Below the pieces are notes generated by a model that saw nothing but the letters and a program-made list of their open reading frames with translations, did no database searches and was not told where the DNA came from. Made by a program: the position numbers and the translations under genes. A stretch of 64,000 bases of DNA from the human T2T-CHM13v2.0 reference genome, Homo sapiens. Within the stretch, counting starts at the first letter, position 1, and each line of letters starts with the position of its first letter. The stretch is taken from NCBI RefSeq assembly GCF_009914755.1, contig NC_060939.1; one strand, written 5' to 3'. Below, in pieces: positions 13,306 through 32,993 of this stretch.

Positions 13306-14014
13306 ATTGGAGATGTCCTTTGCATTGCTTGGAAGGGGTGTACCTAGAGCCAAGGAAATTGGCTCTGGTTTGGAAAAATTTTGCTGTTATTATAGTAAAC
13401 ATACAAAGGATGTCATCATCTTGTCTGTTTGTTTCATTTTCTATTAAAATGGGCTTCATTTTATCTAGGGATAATAACTTATCTAAGGATAACCTAAGAT
13501 AAACAGTTATCTAAGGATAATAAGGCTGATGAAATCACCCCATGTGTCTGCCTTACTTCCATGGCCTTATTCCCAAGAGCTAGTCATATGTCAAGATCCT
13601 ACCTTGCCTTGCCCCAAGGCGGGGTGTCCATAAGAGCAGGTGGAGATGGTTCAAAGAAAGAGAAGATATCATTCATATGGCTGGCCATGTCCAGAACTTG
13701 CTGCGTCCTCCACATTTCTAAGCTGTCAGGAGGCTGTCACTTCAACTCCCCTCCCCGATGGGGAAGCCAGGCAGAAGCAGGACTCTCTTTTCCTCCCAGG
13801 CCCTGTTTGGCTGGAGGCCAAACACGTTTGACAAGAGCATGGGGGCTGAGGTGGGAAAAACAGGTCCAAATCAAACTGGCAGACGAGAGGCAGGCACAGG
13901 TAGAGGGCACCTCAGGCAGCACTGGAAGGGGCTCAGGGGTCTGGAAGGGAGAGAGTGAGAGGCAGAGGTTAGAGCAGGTGAACTGGGAGTGGTCCAGAAC
14001 TGCCAGTCCAGGAG

Positions 14015-14200
14015 GGCAGCCACTAGCTTCATGGGGCTACCTACATTTAAATTAATTTAAATTAAATGCAATTAAAAATGCAGTTCCTCAATCACATTGG
14101 CCACAATTTTCAAGTGCTCAATGGCTATGTGTGTCTAGTGGCTACCATATAGGATAGAGTCGATATAAAACATTTCCATCACCACAGAGAGTTCTTCTCT
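14015..14200. mobile_element. MER33/MER3-like hAT-Charlie fragment
   Basis: cagttcctca..ttcaagtgctcaatggc..tagtggctacc..catttccatcaccacagagagttct. Confidence 0.7.
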
Positions 14201-14261
14201 TGATTTCCAAAGAGCTCCTGGGTCTTATGCATTGGGTTTAAAAACAAAACAACTATGTCTC

Positions 14262-14310
14262 GTGTGTGTGTGTGTGTGTGTGTATGTCTCTCTGTCTGTC
14301 TGTCTGTGTG
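14262..14310. repeat. (TG)n/(TCTG)n microsatellite
   Basis: Visible directly. Confidence 0.9.
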
Positions 14311-16380
14311 CATCTGTGTATAGTCAATTCACTTAAAGGGGCTGGTACCAGATTGGTCGTTTTAAGCTGCCAATACACAAATATATCTGGCAGACTAGCT
14401 TTGGGCATAAAGTCAGCTGTGCAGTAGAGAGTACACGGCCTCTACCTTCAGGAAACTTTGCCAGGAGAAAGAGATCACACTTGCACACTCAGTCAACAAA
14501 TATTTTTGCACCCCTGCTCTGTGCCAGGCACGGTGCACACAGAGGAACACAGAATGACCCCATGGAGAACATGAAATTACCTGCCCAATGAGTGGTGTGG
14601 CAGGCTTCTGAGGGCAGGGAGTGATCATCGCCTGGATTGGTCAGGGAAGGTCAGTGAGTGGAAGTAGGACAGGTGTTGGCCTGAGAGTCAGAGATGGATA
14701 AGAGAAGGGCCTTTTGTAAGAGGCAGAGTCTGACAGAGGGGCAGCTATCAGAGTGTGGGCTTGAGAACACCTGGGCATAAATCAAGGCTCAGTCATGAGA
14801 GGCAAAGTGGAAGGTGGGTTGGGCCAAACACAGGGTCAGCTTTAGGGCCCACTGGCTGTGATGAAAGAGGGTGGGGGGTTACTAGTGACTTCTCAGCCAG
14901 AAGTGTCACTGTGTGAAAGAGAGCACAGCCCACTGATTCAGTAGGTGCATAGAAGAGGCATCCAGGGAGGACTTGGAAAGCAGACGCCAACGAGGAACCG
15001 TCGAGCAATGGGACACTGCACCCAGCTAGACGCACAGCAAAAGAAGCCACAGAGAGGTTGGGGTGGAGGGACAGGCAGGCACTTCAGGGTCCTTCATTTG
15101 TCCCTGCAATAGTCACCAGATCCCACAAGTAGTCACTGCAATGCATTAGGTGACCAGTGGGCACCTTCCGTTCCTGTCCGCAGGGAGACAGACAGGATGA
15201 TCTGCTCTCCCTCACCAGCCTGGGAGGGGACAGGTCAGAAAAGTGTGGCAGAGTTAAGTTTTGCAGAATGCATAGGAATGAACTAAGTGAAGAAGGGCAA
15301 AGAACATTCCTGGTGAGGGAATGGTGCTGGGAAGGCCTGGAGGCGATGTGTAGGAGTTGCTGGAGGAAAGGGGGTGGGGTTCCTCCCCACAGACAGGAGG
15401 GGTGAAGGCATGGGCGTTCACTCATGGAGGCTGGGGTGGCCTTAGAGGTCAGTGCAGTGACAGCTAACAACATCTGCCTAAAGAAAACGCAACGGCACAA
15501 AGCTGGAAGCAGGCGTTTGGGAGAATTTTGTTCCCATACCCACAGGCACACAGGGTATGCTGAGTTGGGCACACAGGCAGTCCCTGAGGTGGCATATGCC
15601 TGCATCTCCAATCTGGTCACCCATTCCTTCCTCATCCCCAATCCCCAGATGAGCCCTAATCCTCATCCCCTCCCACTGGCTCAAGGATCTTAGAGTCCTC
15701 ATAACATGGTAGATGACCTGACCCACCCTGCCCTCTCTCCTCTCGGCTTGGCCCACGCCTACTCATGTTCCAGGGCGTAGCTCCACACAAAGCCTTCTCT
15801 GACCCATGCCTGGCAGCTTTCTCCTTCCTCTCCTGGGCCCAGGGCCCAGTGCCTTGATATTGCGCCCCCTGTCCCAGGCTAACATTCACCCCTTCCTCCA
15901 GACTGTAGCCTCCTGCAGAGCATAGGCCATAGGTTTTCCCATATCTGGCAGAGTTCTGTTGGGTAATGTGTGCTTGCTGTGTTGAACAAAGGCATAAAAG
16001 CCGACCCTAGCGCAACCCTCCTGCCTCCAGTACTGAAGCCAAAATCCTGAGCCCTTTGACCCCATCCTAGCTGTTTTAGCCTGGGGGCTAGGTAGGCGGC
16101 AGAGGTTTTCTCAATGGCAGGGAAAGGAGTAGGATGTGGGTGGTGGGAAGGGCTTAATCCTGGGAGGATCAAGTCCACAGGCACCTGGCAGTGCCCTCAT
16201 GTCCTCAGGGCTGGGTTGGGGTGAGAAGGAGAGCAGACAGAGGTAATGGTGAGGGTTGGGGGAGGGGATGGAGGAAGGGAAGAGTTCATTGTCCCAGGAA
16301 CTGCCCTCCCTCACAGAAAACAATCAGGAGCATCAAACAGAATCAACAACATGCATGACTCAGCTTTGAAAGCTATAAAG

Positions 16381-16599
16381 CAAGCTCGTCTAACCCACCG
16401 CCAGTGGGCTACATGCAGCCCTGGATGGCTTTGAATGCAGCCCAACGCTAATTTGTAAACTTTCTTAAAATATTATGAGTTTTTTTGCATTTTTTTAAAG
16501 CTCATCAGCTATCGTTAAGTGTTAGTGTATTTTACGTATGGCCCAAGACAATTCTCCTTCCAATGTGGCCCAGGAAAGCCAAAAGATTGGATGCCTGTG
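16381..16599 (-). mobile_element. MER30 hAT element
   Basis: Near full-length MER30 consensus; 8-bp TSD-like CTATAAAG/CTCTAAAG. Confidence 0.8.
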
Positions 16600-16607
16600 C
16601 TCTAAAG

Positions 16608-17582
<975 letters not shown>

Positions 17583-17595
17583 GAGTCTCTAAGAG

Positions 17596-17865
17596 ACCAG
17601 GCACAGTGGCTCACACTGTCATGAGTCATGCATGACTCAGACTGGCAACATGGCAAAACCTCATCTCTACAAAAAATACAAAAATTACCCAGGCGTGATG
17701 GCTCATGCCTGTGGTCCCAACTACTCAGCAGGCTGAGGTGGGAGGATCACTTGAGCCTGGAAGGTAGAGTCTGTGGTGAGCCGAGATCGCGCCACTACAC
17801 TCCAGCCTGGGTGACAGAGTGAGATCCTGTCTAAAAAAATAATAATAAAATAAAATAAAAAAGAC
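17596..17865 (+). mobile_element. AluJ with internally deleted/replaced left arm
   Basis: Alu start at ~17596-17618, foreign ~25 nt, resumes at ggcaacatgg. Confidence 0.85.
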
Positions 17866-18464
17866 CCTAAGAGCCTAGGCAGCCAGTTTAGAATGGATTT
17901 TATATAAGGCTGCCCAGCTATGATGACATGAAGTGTGTTGGACGGAGAGCTCTGGGCTAAGAATCGGAAGGCGTCCAACTGCTCCCCTCGACTGCAAGAT
18001 TCCTTCTTTCTTCCCCGGTCTCCACACACTAATTATTGAAGACAAGGAACATGTCTACAGAAAAGTTGGGCTTAGGTGTTATTCATGGTGAGAGCAAAAG
18101 AAAACAGTTCTCGGACACACAAAGGCTTAGAAAGAGTAGCACGAGGGTGCTCTTCCAGAAAACATTGAGGTGTTCTCTAATCAGATAGAGAAACAAAATC
18201 AAGAATTCACAATTGGGGTAAGGGGAACAGGAAAAAAAAGCCAGCAGCCAACCCTAAAACCACAAAGATATTGCAATAAGTTTTATAAATATAAACACAG
18301 AATTCGGTGCAAAGCCAAAAGCAATTCTGAGATAGCCAATTGTTAATATTTACAAAGGAAAGTTGGGTTTTACAAACCTGGGATATATGGTAATAACAAG
18401 CAAAACAGATACAAGGACGGAGCATGCAGAGGGGGTGGCTGTGTTAAGCTCTTCATCTTCTCTC

Positions 18465-18768
18465 TTTTTTTTTGTTTGAGACAGAGGGTTTTGTTTTGTT
18501 ACCCAGGCTGGAGTGCAGAAGCATGATCCTAGCTCACTGTGGCCTCGACCTCCCAGGCTCAAGGGATCCTCCTACCTCACCCCCTGAGTAGCTGGGACTA
18601 CAGGCTCACGCTACCATGCCCAGCTATTTATTTATTTATTTATTTTTTTGTAGAGATGGGGTCTCACTGTGTAGCCCAGGCTGCTCTCAAATTCCTGAGC
18701 TCAAGCAATTCTCCCACCTCAGCCTCCCAAAGTGCTGGGATTATAGATATGAACCACCATGCTCAGCT
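18465..18768 (-). mobile_element. AluJ
   Basis: Reverse Alu dimer. Confidence 0.9.
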
Positions 18769-19242
18769 TCTTCATCTTCTCTTGTGGGAGGAAATTGTCT
18801 CATGTTGTTTTAGACATTAACAGAGTTATAATTATAGGTTTAAGAAGGAAAACAAAAACTAATGATGATAATGAATAGCATTTAAAAATGAGACATCTCC
18901 CTACCACTGCAGAAGAAAAAAAAACAAAATACAGTCTCCATAAAGAGAGGACAGAAAGATGACATGAAAATGACCACACAACACCTGGGTAAAGAGGAGT
19001 CCAGCCACAACAGCAGTAACAGTATGTAACCAACCTAGGTTTCCCAGCTAAAAATGAAAGACCTTCAGGTTCTGCCAAGAAAATAAAATTAAATTATTTG
19101 TTGCCTACAGGCTTACCACTGTAAACACTGGCTGCTTGAGCGTGGTCAGTTTTTAGAGACCACCTTTCCTCTCTTCATATTTAGCTGAACTTGCTTAGGC
19201 TCCCATGATTGGAAGAAACTTGGCAATCCCCATCCACTGCAA

Positions 19243-19685
19243 AACACACACACACACACACACACACGAAATTGGCTCATGCAATTACAGAGACCAACAA
19301 GTCCTAAGACTGGCAGTCTACAAGCCTGAGACCCAGGAGAGCTGTGGTGTAGCTCCAGTCTGAAGACTGGCAGGCTCTGAAACCCAGAAGGAGCCAATGT
19401 TTCAGCTCAGCCCAAAAAGCAGTGTCTCAGCTCAAAGGCTGTCAGGCAGAAGGAACTCTCTCTTACTCAGCCTTTTTGTTCTATTCAGGCCTTCCACTGG
19501 TTGGATGAAGCGCCACCCACCCCCCCACCCCCATATTAGGGAGGGCCATCTGCTTTCCCCAGTCTACCAATTCCAATGTCAATCTCATTTAGAAACATTC
19601 TCACTGAAACTCCCAGTATCATATTTGACTAAATCTCTGGGTAGCCCCTGGCCCAGTCAAGTGGATACATAAAATTCACCATCCC
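19243..19685 (-). mobile_element. MLT2 (ERVL) LTR with (CA)n
   Basis: gaaattggctcatgcaatt..gttctattcaggcc..ggcccagtcaag..ataaaatt motifs. Confidence 0.8.
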
Positions 19686-19960
19686 AGATTGCCTCTTTTC
19701 TTCTTGATTTCCTCAAATTACACAAACACAAGGAAGTTATTTATAGCGGAATTTTGCTGAAGATTTAGGAATATGGCATAGCAACAGCTTCAAATAGAAT
19801 ATTAGTCATCATTTCCCAGAAGTTCCTCTACCCTCCCATTCGCCTACACACACCTTAAGTAAATTCCTGGGTCAGGCTGCTACTAGAACATCAGAATTCT
19901 CCTTGCCTTATCAGGTATAGAATTGTTGCTCTCTCATCAATAAAAAGATTGGTCCCAGGC

Positions 19961-20276
<316 letters not shown>

Positions 20277-21476
20277 TTAGGCATTTTTTTTTCATATCCA
20301 AACACTCATCAAGGTGCTCTGCTGAGCAAAGAACTATCTCTCAGGGGTCACCACCCTTTAGCAGTATAAACAATCTGCAGAGGCCTTGCAATTGCAGCCT
20401 GTCTTCAATGTGATCAGGTTGGGAGCAGGATTGTCTTTTCAAGGTCCTTGATGTGTCAGTTTATGGAATGGCAATTGTTGAGGCAATAGATGACAGTTAC
20501 CCCCATATTCTGAGGAAAAGCCCCTAGAGTAGCCGTGAAGGACTTGGTAAGAAGTGGTGACCCACCTCCAGGCTAAGGAAGAGAAGGCTGGAGAGTCATT
20601 GAAGGGGAGATGCCCTGAAGGAAATTTACAAGAGTCAATGTGCTATTGGGTTTCCCCTCTCTCAAAGGGTGCATCCCCTAAGCCCGGTGAGAGGCTCCAA
20701 GAGAACCCCTCTTGGGGAGATTGCGGAGATTTACCAAAGGAAGAGATTGACATTTTACTTCTCAGCTGGACACTTGCTGAGTGCCTAAAACTCACAGGTC
20801 ATCCAGCTGCTGTTGGAGTTGGGGGAGACAGTTTTCCGGAGAGCCTGCCTTGCATGCCTGCCATGTGAGAGGGTAGAGGTTGAAGGTGCCTCTCGCCCAG
20901 AGATGACCGAAGGTAGATGGAGGCTGGAGCTGCCGCAGTGCCTGGAAGGATGAAGGGCAGCCTCTGGGTCAGTGCATTCACTCCTTTTGGCTGGGAGGAT
21001 GTGTGAGGCTTCCCACGAGTCAAGTGTACATTGTGGAAATTAGTGCGGCCCTGGTGTGAGCTAGTTTGAAAGGGCCCTGTTCCAAGTGGCTGCCTGCTTA
21101 GCTGAAGGGGTTCCTGATAGAAAGAGGATATAGGGCAACTCCAAGGGGTTTCACCAGTATTCAGCTAGAAAATGTCTTGCTCAGATCAAAGTTGGTAAGG
21201 GGGATCTTGGGCATATTCTCCAAACATGCCAAACAGCCAATAAATGGACACCTGCCATAACGGAGAACACTTACGAACCCTCTTTCTACCATAACATAAA
21301 TTATTAAAGATTTTTAACCCCTCTTCTTCCAATCCCCCCACCTTTGTGCCCCTGCAGGAGCCAGCAGGAATAGGAAGAGATGGAAGAAGTGGAGAGAAAA
21401 AGCAAAGTGGAAGAGAGAAGAATAGCTCATGTCCCCATTATCTCCTGGAAGTGCTCAAAAAGAAGTGGGTAAGAGC

Positions 21477-22026
<550 letters not shown>

Positions 22027-22409
22027 GCACGGAGAAAAAAAAAAACTCTTTCCCAGTTTGTACCTTTCAAGATCAGCACATTCAACCAACCAATTACACA
22101 AAGTGGAAAGAAGGAGTACAAGGACTTACACTCCCTTGGAAAGAAAGAATTAAGCTGTTAAAATGAAATTCTACTTATTTGCATCTTTTAAATAATTATT
22201 TCTCCTTCAAATTCTAGAGGGAAAACACTTGATATATGGTTGAATAATGACACAATGTTGGGGATGAGGAACGCTTTCTTAAACAAAATATCAAAGGAAA
22301 AATCATCAAAATTGGTTGATATGCCTACATAAAATTATTGAAACTCTAAACAATATTGACAGGAAACGAGTTTAAAATACATATCCCAGAAAAGAAATTA
22401 TTATCTTTG

Positions 22410-22880
22410 GGTGTCTAGTCATCTTCTGTTTGCCTCCAGATCAATTCTACACCCTTCTCTGCCCTGTTTAAGGCCCCAAGAGGCCGAGACATGTCCAGCA
22501 GCTGTTCCCTGGCCCTCTGGCTCCCTGTTGGGTTTGGCCAATTGGAGGCACCGTCAACAGATGGAAGGGAGGAAGGAAAGTCCTGGGTTAGGGAATTCAT
22601 GCCACTGTCTCCCTTTTTACTGTGTCTCTGTGAGTTGACTGTATCCCTCTAAGGAAGATGAGAGCTTTGGTCAGGAGCCCTTTCGTGGTCCCAGTAATTG
22701 CCCTCTCTCTCAGTATCGCCAGGCTTAGGGGTGGTAACTGGCCCCCACTTTTGCAAGCCCAGGGCTATTGCACTACTCCTTGTTGGGATCCCTAAACTTT
22801 ATGCACACAATTTGCAAACAATCCTGCCATTAAATGCTCCTTAACATGCCATCTGCTTTTTGCTGAGACTCTGCTGATAT
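22410..22880 (+). mobile_element. LTR33-like ERVL LTR
   Basis: gggtttggccaat.ggaggcac; attaaa signal; gccatctgct..ctgata end. Confidence 0.55.
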
Positions 22881-22949
22881 TTTATATGAGAGGCTCTTAC
22901 AAAGCAGTAAGGAACAAAAAGAAAAAAAAAAAGGAAAAGAAAAGAAAGA

Positions 22950-23383
22950 AAAACAGCAAAAGGGGGCCAGATTACATAAGAAAAAATATAAATGGCAAAA
23001 TGGCAAAAGATATATTCAAAAACTAAACCTTGTTGGTAATTATAAAATGCAAATTGAAACAACAGTGAGATGCTATTATCCACCTAGTAAACTAGAAAAT
23101 ATTAAAAAGAACTATAAAAGACAGAAGAAATGAATGCTCCTAGACAATGAGGATAAAAGAATAATTTGGTGCAAATTTTCTGTAAAGCAATTTAGTACTA
23201 AGTAAAAATGACTGCAAAATGTATTCAGACTTTGGCTCCAAAATTCTGTCAAAGAATTTATCCTAAAGAAAGAGCTACAGAAATGCACAAGAATTTGTGA
23301 CAAGGATATTCACTGCAGCATTTTATATGATGATGAAAACTGTAAAACAACCTAAGTAGTCAACAGTCAGATATTGGCTAAAT
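22950..23383 (+). mobile_element. Old L1M 3' fragment (host of the L1PA insertion)
   Basis: Diverged L1 3' motifs (aaatgcaaattgaaacaacagtgagat; aaacaacctaa); similar sequence at ~27880-28070. Confidence 0.6.
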
Positions 23384-27623
<4,240 letters not shown>

Positions 27624-28654
27624 ATTGGCTAAATTGAGGTATAGCCTCCTCCCCAAAATAAAGATTAAAAATGATTATTAAAATGTTGATAATTATTAGA
27701 ACTGGGTGACAAGGAATGGTGACCCACTCTATTTTTTGTGTGTACATTTAAGATATTTCCATGATAAAGTTTTTGAAAGTTAGAAATAACCATTTTAGAA
27801 AATACTTAGCATAACCAATCAAGAACTTTAAAAGAATCATCATCATTTTTTTTTTTGGACCTACTAATTACATACATATCTGGGGATTTAGCCTAATGAA
27901 ATAGAGCATGGGTATGAAGATGCTCATTGTAGCATTATTTATAATGACTTGACAGGTTCAAATAACCTAAATGTTCATCTACACAGAAATGACCAAATAA
28001 ATTATGGCCTCATTTGATGAACTATTATACCTCATCAAAATAATATTTACAAAGGGTTTGTAATAACAAACTACTCATTTGCAGAGCCAGTGGCAGAGGC
28101 CCTTTGGTTTCTGAAAGTCACAGAGTATTACAGACAGAGAGACCTGAGAGCTAAACGGGCCCAGTGCTCCCCATATTAGAGGTGTGTTCACACACACATG
28201 TGCACACACACACAAACCAAGCTTCCACCCCTCCTGCTGTGCCACTGCCCCCAGCTTCCAGGCTGCCTCTGTGTCCACTCATGCCTGCTCAAATCTCAGC
28301 TTAGTGGCCACCTGCTCCAGGAAGCTTTTCTCTGGCCTCCCTTGGAAAATCCCTCTGTTGCAAGCTACAAGCACCTTGCATAGTTGCCACTGTACACTGT
28401 GGGTGTGTGTATTTGATTCAGGCCCTCTTCTTCCATACCCTGCTGCCTCTCTGCTCCACAACCTTTGCACCTCTTCTCTTCCTCCTGATTCTGCATCTCA
28501 AAAGCCCAAATAACTGGCTTGAAGTGGCCAACTCCTCCTTATTGGGCAGTTCCGCTGGTTAAATTCCTCTGGGAAATGCTGGCCCATTCCAACTGAGGCC
28601 CATCGAGGTGATGCGCTCAAGGCATTGATTTTAAAACTAGAAGTAGAAGCCCTT

Positions 28655-28968
<314 letters not shown>

Positions 28969-30174
28969 AGTAGGAGCCCTCAGGGAGTTTTAATTTAGAG
29001 CAAGGACCTCAGAGAATTTGTAAGGAAGCTTCTATCCTAAGGGAGTCAGGGACCTCCTTTGCATTAGAATAAGGATCCCTATTGTCTTGTTTCTTCCAGA
29101 CCCTGGCATGTAAATCCCAGGCCTGGCAGGACTTGCCACCCTGTTTATAGAAGAGGTAAGGCCCAGGGAAAGCAAGTATGGCACTCAATGTCGTCCAACT
29201 TGGAGCTGAGGTAGGAGGCATGGATCAAAGGGGCCCCAGTGTTTCTAGGCCTATGGCTGAAGCTCTCTCCTGCAGGAAGAATGCGGGCTGGCCTGAAAAA
29301 CAGATGCAAGGCAGACCAGATGTCCCTGGGCATTCTTCACATTCCACCAACTGCAGCCCTCCTTGGCTGAGAGCTGCCAAGTCTGGGCTTCCAATTCATC
29401 AGCTTGGAAACTTCACCTCAGAAACTTCGGCAGACTTCTCTGGAGAAAACAAAAATTGCCCTAGGTCTGCCAGGGAACAGTGGTCAAAGATTTAAAATTG
29501 CAAGTTGGGCTGCTGAGATCCAGAATTTGACAAGCCCAGGTTTAAGCTGATTCAACAAGATCTATGGAGAGTTGGCCAAGTGGCCCCAACTGCAGGCTCA
29601 GGTTTTCCCAGATGCTGGATCAAGTGGAAAGGGGTCCAACATCTCAAGTTTCTGGCTTGTGACACTTGCGTGGGACCTCCTGAAATCTGCCTACCAAAAA
29701 TTTCCTTGTACCAGCAAGCAGCATGGTCAAACTGCAGTCTCCTGCAGACCGCTTGGACTCTGGCAGCTCTGCCCCTTTCAGGGCAAACCATCTCACCTGA
29801 GAGCAGGTCCTCAGCCATGCAGGTATCTGAGAGCAGAGCACCAAGGTGGTGGGAACGGCAGATGTTTCTGCCTGGAAGGAAGCTGACCCGCTCTGCTCTG
29901 GCATACCCTACACTGGGCAAGGTGGCCATTCTCCTTCTGGAGCAATCTCTGTGGCCCATGTAGAATTCCATCCCAGCCCCTCCCTTAGAGTGTCAAGCCA
30001 CAGTGAAAACTGCAGTGCCTCCAGAAGAAAACAGCCCAGGCAGGATGTTATCCTGCCTTCTCCTAGCTGTGACTCTCAGCAAGGGGCTTAACCCCTACAA
30101 GCTTCTGTCTAGTCACCTGAAGCACAAAACACACACACAAATGATAATAGTTAACATGTACTGAAAGCTCTGTT

Positions 30175-30310
30175 GGCCAGGCACAGTGGCTCACACCTGT
30201 ACTCCTTTGGAAGGCCAAGGTGGGAGGATCGCTTGAGCTCAGGAGTTTAAGACCAGCCAAGGTAAAATAGTGAGACCCCACCTCTTTACTTTAAAAATAA
30301 AATAAAAAAG
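30175..30310 (+). mobile_element. FLAM/Alu monomer
   Basis: Single left arm, TSD GAAAGCT(C/G)TGTT. Confidence 0.85.
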
Positions 30311-30550
30311 AAAGCTGTGTTAAGTGCTTCACAGGGACTTGCTCATTTAATCCTTATAATACTTCTCTGAAATGGGAACTTTTATTAGCACCTACAGGCT
30401 TAGATGAGTGAGGTCCTTAAATAACTTGTCCAACATGATACAGCTAATAAAATGCAGAGCTGGGAAGTCCAACACCAGAACTGTGCTTCAAAGGGCCACA
30501 TAGTAAATGTTAACTAATACCAACCTTGTGGGGTTGTGAAGGGTAAATGA

Positions 30551-30845
30551 GGTCGGGCACAGTGGTTCACACCTGTAATCCCAACACTTTGGGAGGTCAA
30601 GGTGGGAGGATTGCTTGAACCCAGGAGTTCAAGACCAGCCAGGGCAACATAGGGAGACCCTGTCTCTACAAAAAATATTAAAAAATTAGCTGGGTGTGAT
30701 GGTGCACACCTGTGGTCCCAGCTACCCAGGAGATTGAGGTGGGAGGACCACTTGAGCCTGGAGGTCGAGGCTGCAGTGAGCTGCCATCGTGCCAGTGCAC
30801 TCCAGCGTGAGCAACAGAGTGAGACCCTAACTGAAAATAAAATGA
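30551..30845 (+). mobile_element. AluJ
   Basis: Alu dimer. Confidence 0.92.
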
Positions 30846-31216
30846 GAGTAAATGAAATAAAGTATGTAAAGACCTGCACACAGTGGGTAGCATGTCACAG
30901 TTAGGTAAGGATGTCCAGAGCTTGCACACAGTAGGCACACTCCATGCTGAAAGACATTGTGTGTCTTTTAATATTCAACCTGTAAATACCAAGAAGGCAG
31001 GGACCTTGCCTGCCTTGCTATCTTTATCTCCACTGCCTGCACACTTCCCGAAACTTATTGGTGTTCAGCACTTACATGGGGAGTGCTTGTATCAACACTT
31101 GGCACATGGGTCTGAGAAGAGGTCCAGAGAAGGGGAGCAGCCCCTCTCCCAAGCAGATTACAGTGGCTGGTGTCAGTTTTGGAGTCTGCCTGCCTGAGTT
31201 TAAATCCTGGGTTTGA

Positions 31217-31569
<353 letters not shown>

Positions 31570-31867
31570 CTATGTGCCTCAGTTTCCTTGTGTGCAAAAT
31601 GGGGATGACAGTATTTACTGCATAGGGCTGCTTGCTATGAGGATGAAGTAAATTAATATTACTAGAACAGTACACATGGATAAGATAATCCCTTGGATTT
31701 CCAAGAGAATTCAGAGAGAGAGGTGTATGCAGATTTTCACAGATATTTTGCAAGCACAGACTGAGCAGTCTGTTAATTAAAATAATAGCTGAAGAATTCT
31801 CACCGAAGGATCAGTGGCAAATTAGAGACACATGGTGGGGAAGCCGTGAGGCACAGCTGGTCTCTGC

Positions 31868-31880
31868 TGCCCCCTAGTGG
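31868..31880 (-). promoter_or_regulatory. CTCF-binding motif
   Basis: Minus strand CCACTAGGGGGCA, close match to the CTCF core consensus, in apparently unique sequence. Confidence 0.7.
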
Positions 31881-32319
31881 GTACATCCTTTAATTTTTAA
31901 ATTGACTTTCCTTTAGGAGATGATAACCACTGCAGACAGCTTCCGAAAAAGGTTCTAGTCAAATCACTTTCCCAAGCTGTGCTTTGGTTATATGGTGGAG
32001 AGAATGAACAATTCTACTTCACTTAATAGGGGTCTTACGAAGTAGTAAAGGCACTCGCTGGCCTCGTGATCACTGGCAAATCCCCTTCCCTCTGGGCTCA
32101 CTCACCTGTAAACTATCTACTCCTCCACTGCAGGGCAGGTGTGAGGCTCACATGCAGTGCATAATGGGAAGTGTTGTACTTTCTGACATCAAAAACGTGT
32201 TCTTCATCATAATTATCGTTGTCTTCCTCTCTGCTTCCCGGCCCCAAATGAACTCCGTAGCTAACTCAGCCACTCCTATTCTTCGGAACTTTCCCGCTCA
32301 GACCTAGTCAAACAAAATC

Positions 32320-32778
32320 AGTGTCTGATGGTAGTTACGGCAGTAAGAACAGATTTAAATCAGAAAGTACTGCAATAAGGGGAAAGAGACCTCAGTACAG
32401 AAGTGGGCTCAATTCTGAATACAGCATGCACAAACAGGTTTTTACCCCAGCCAAGGAGCAGGATGGGGGCAGTAGATGGAAAATGACTAAGAGGAAATGT
32501 CAGGGGTAGCACGGATTCTGGTTAAACAGACCTAACAGGATTATGCTGAAGGTAGGCCTGGGTGATCAGATATCACCTGGGGGCGGGGTGGAGGATGGAG
32601 AATTTGATCAGATATTGAGTGATTAGATATCAAGGGTAAGAAGTTCTCAATAAATTGATTAACAGGATTCTTGCTAAAATGGGCAACTCAAGCCCCACAA
32701 GAGCAGACACTGAAAGTCAATGCTTCAAGGGCTTCAAGGAGCCTCACTGGAGGCTGGTCAAGAAGAGAATATTTGTCA
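32320..32778 (-). mobile_element. MER31-like ERV1 LTR
   Basis: Minus strand starts TGACAAA; gatatctgatcacc repeats; ttcctcttagtcattttccatc motif. Confidence 0.75.
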
Positions 32779-32993
32779 ACTGCTACCCCAGAGGATTCCT
32801 ACTGCAAGTCTTTGTGGAAGAGCTTGATCTTTGCCTGCTGTAAATGGCTTTCAGCTCCAAGCCCTGGCCTCACCCTACCTGGTCAACGAGGTACCTGACA
32901 GCCTAGCATAGGAAAACAATGGCCATCAGATTGCACAGTCAAGGGTTAATTTCTATTTTCAGTCAAGAGCATTCACATGCAAAGCCCTAGAAA

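Noticed and set aside
14045-14062. 18-bp AT palindrome ATTTAAATTAATTTAAAT
   Set aside because: Low-complexity AT-rich part of a MER33/MER3 element
20300-21470. Possible ancient LTR (LTR78-like)
   Set aside because: Resemblance too weak to call by eye
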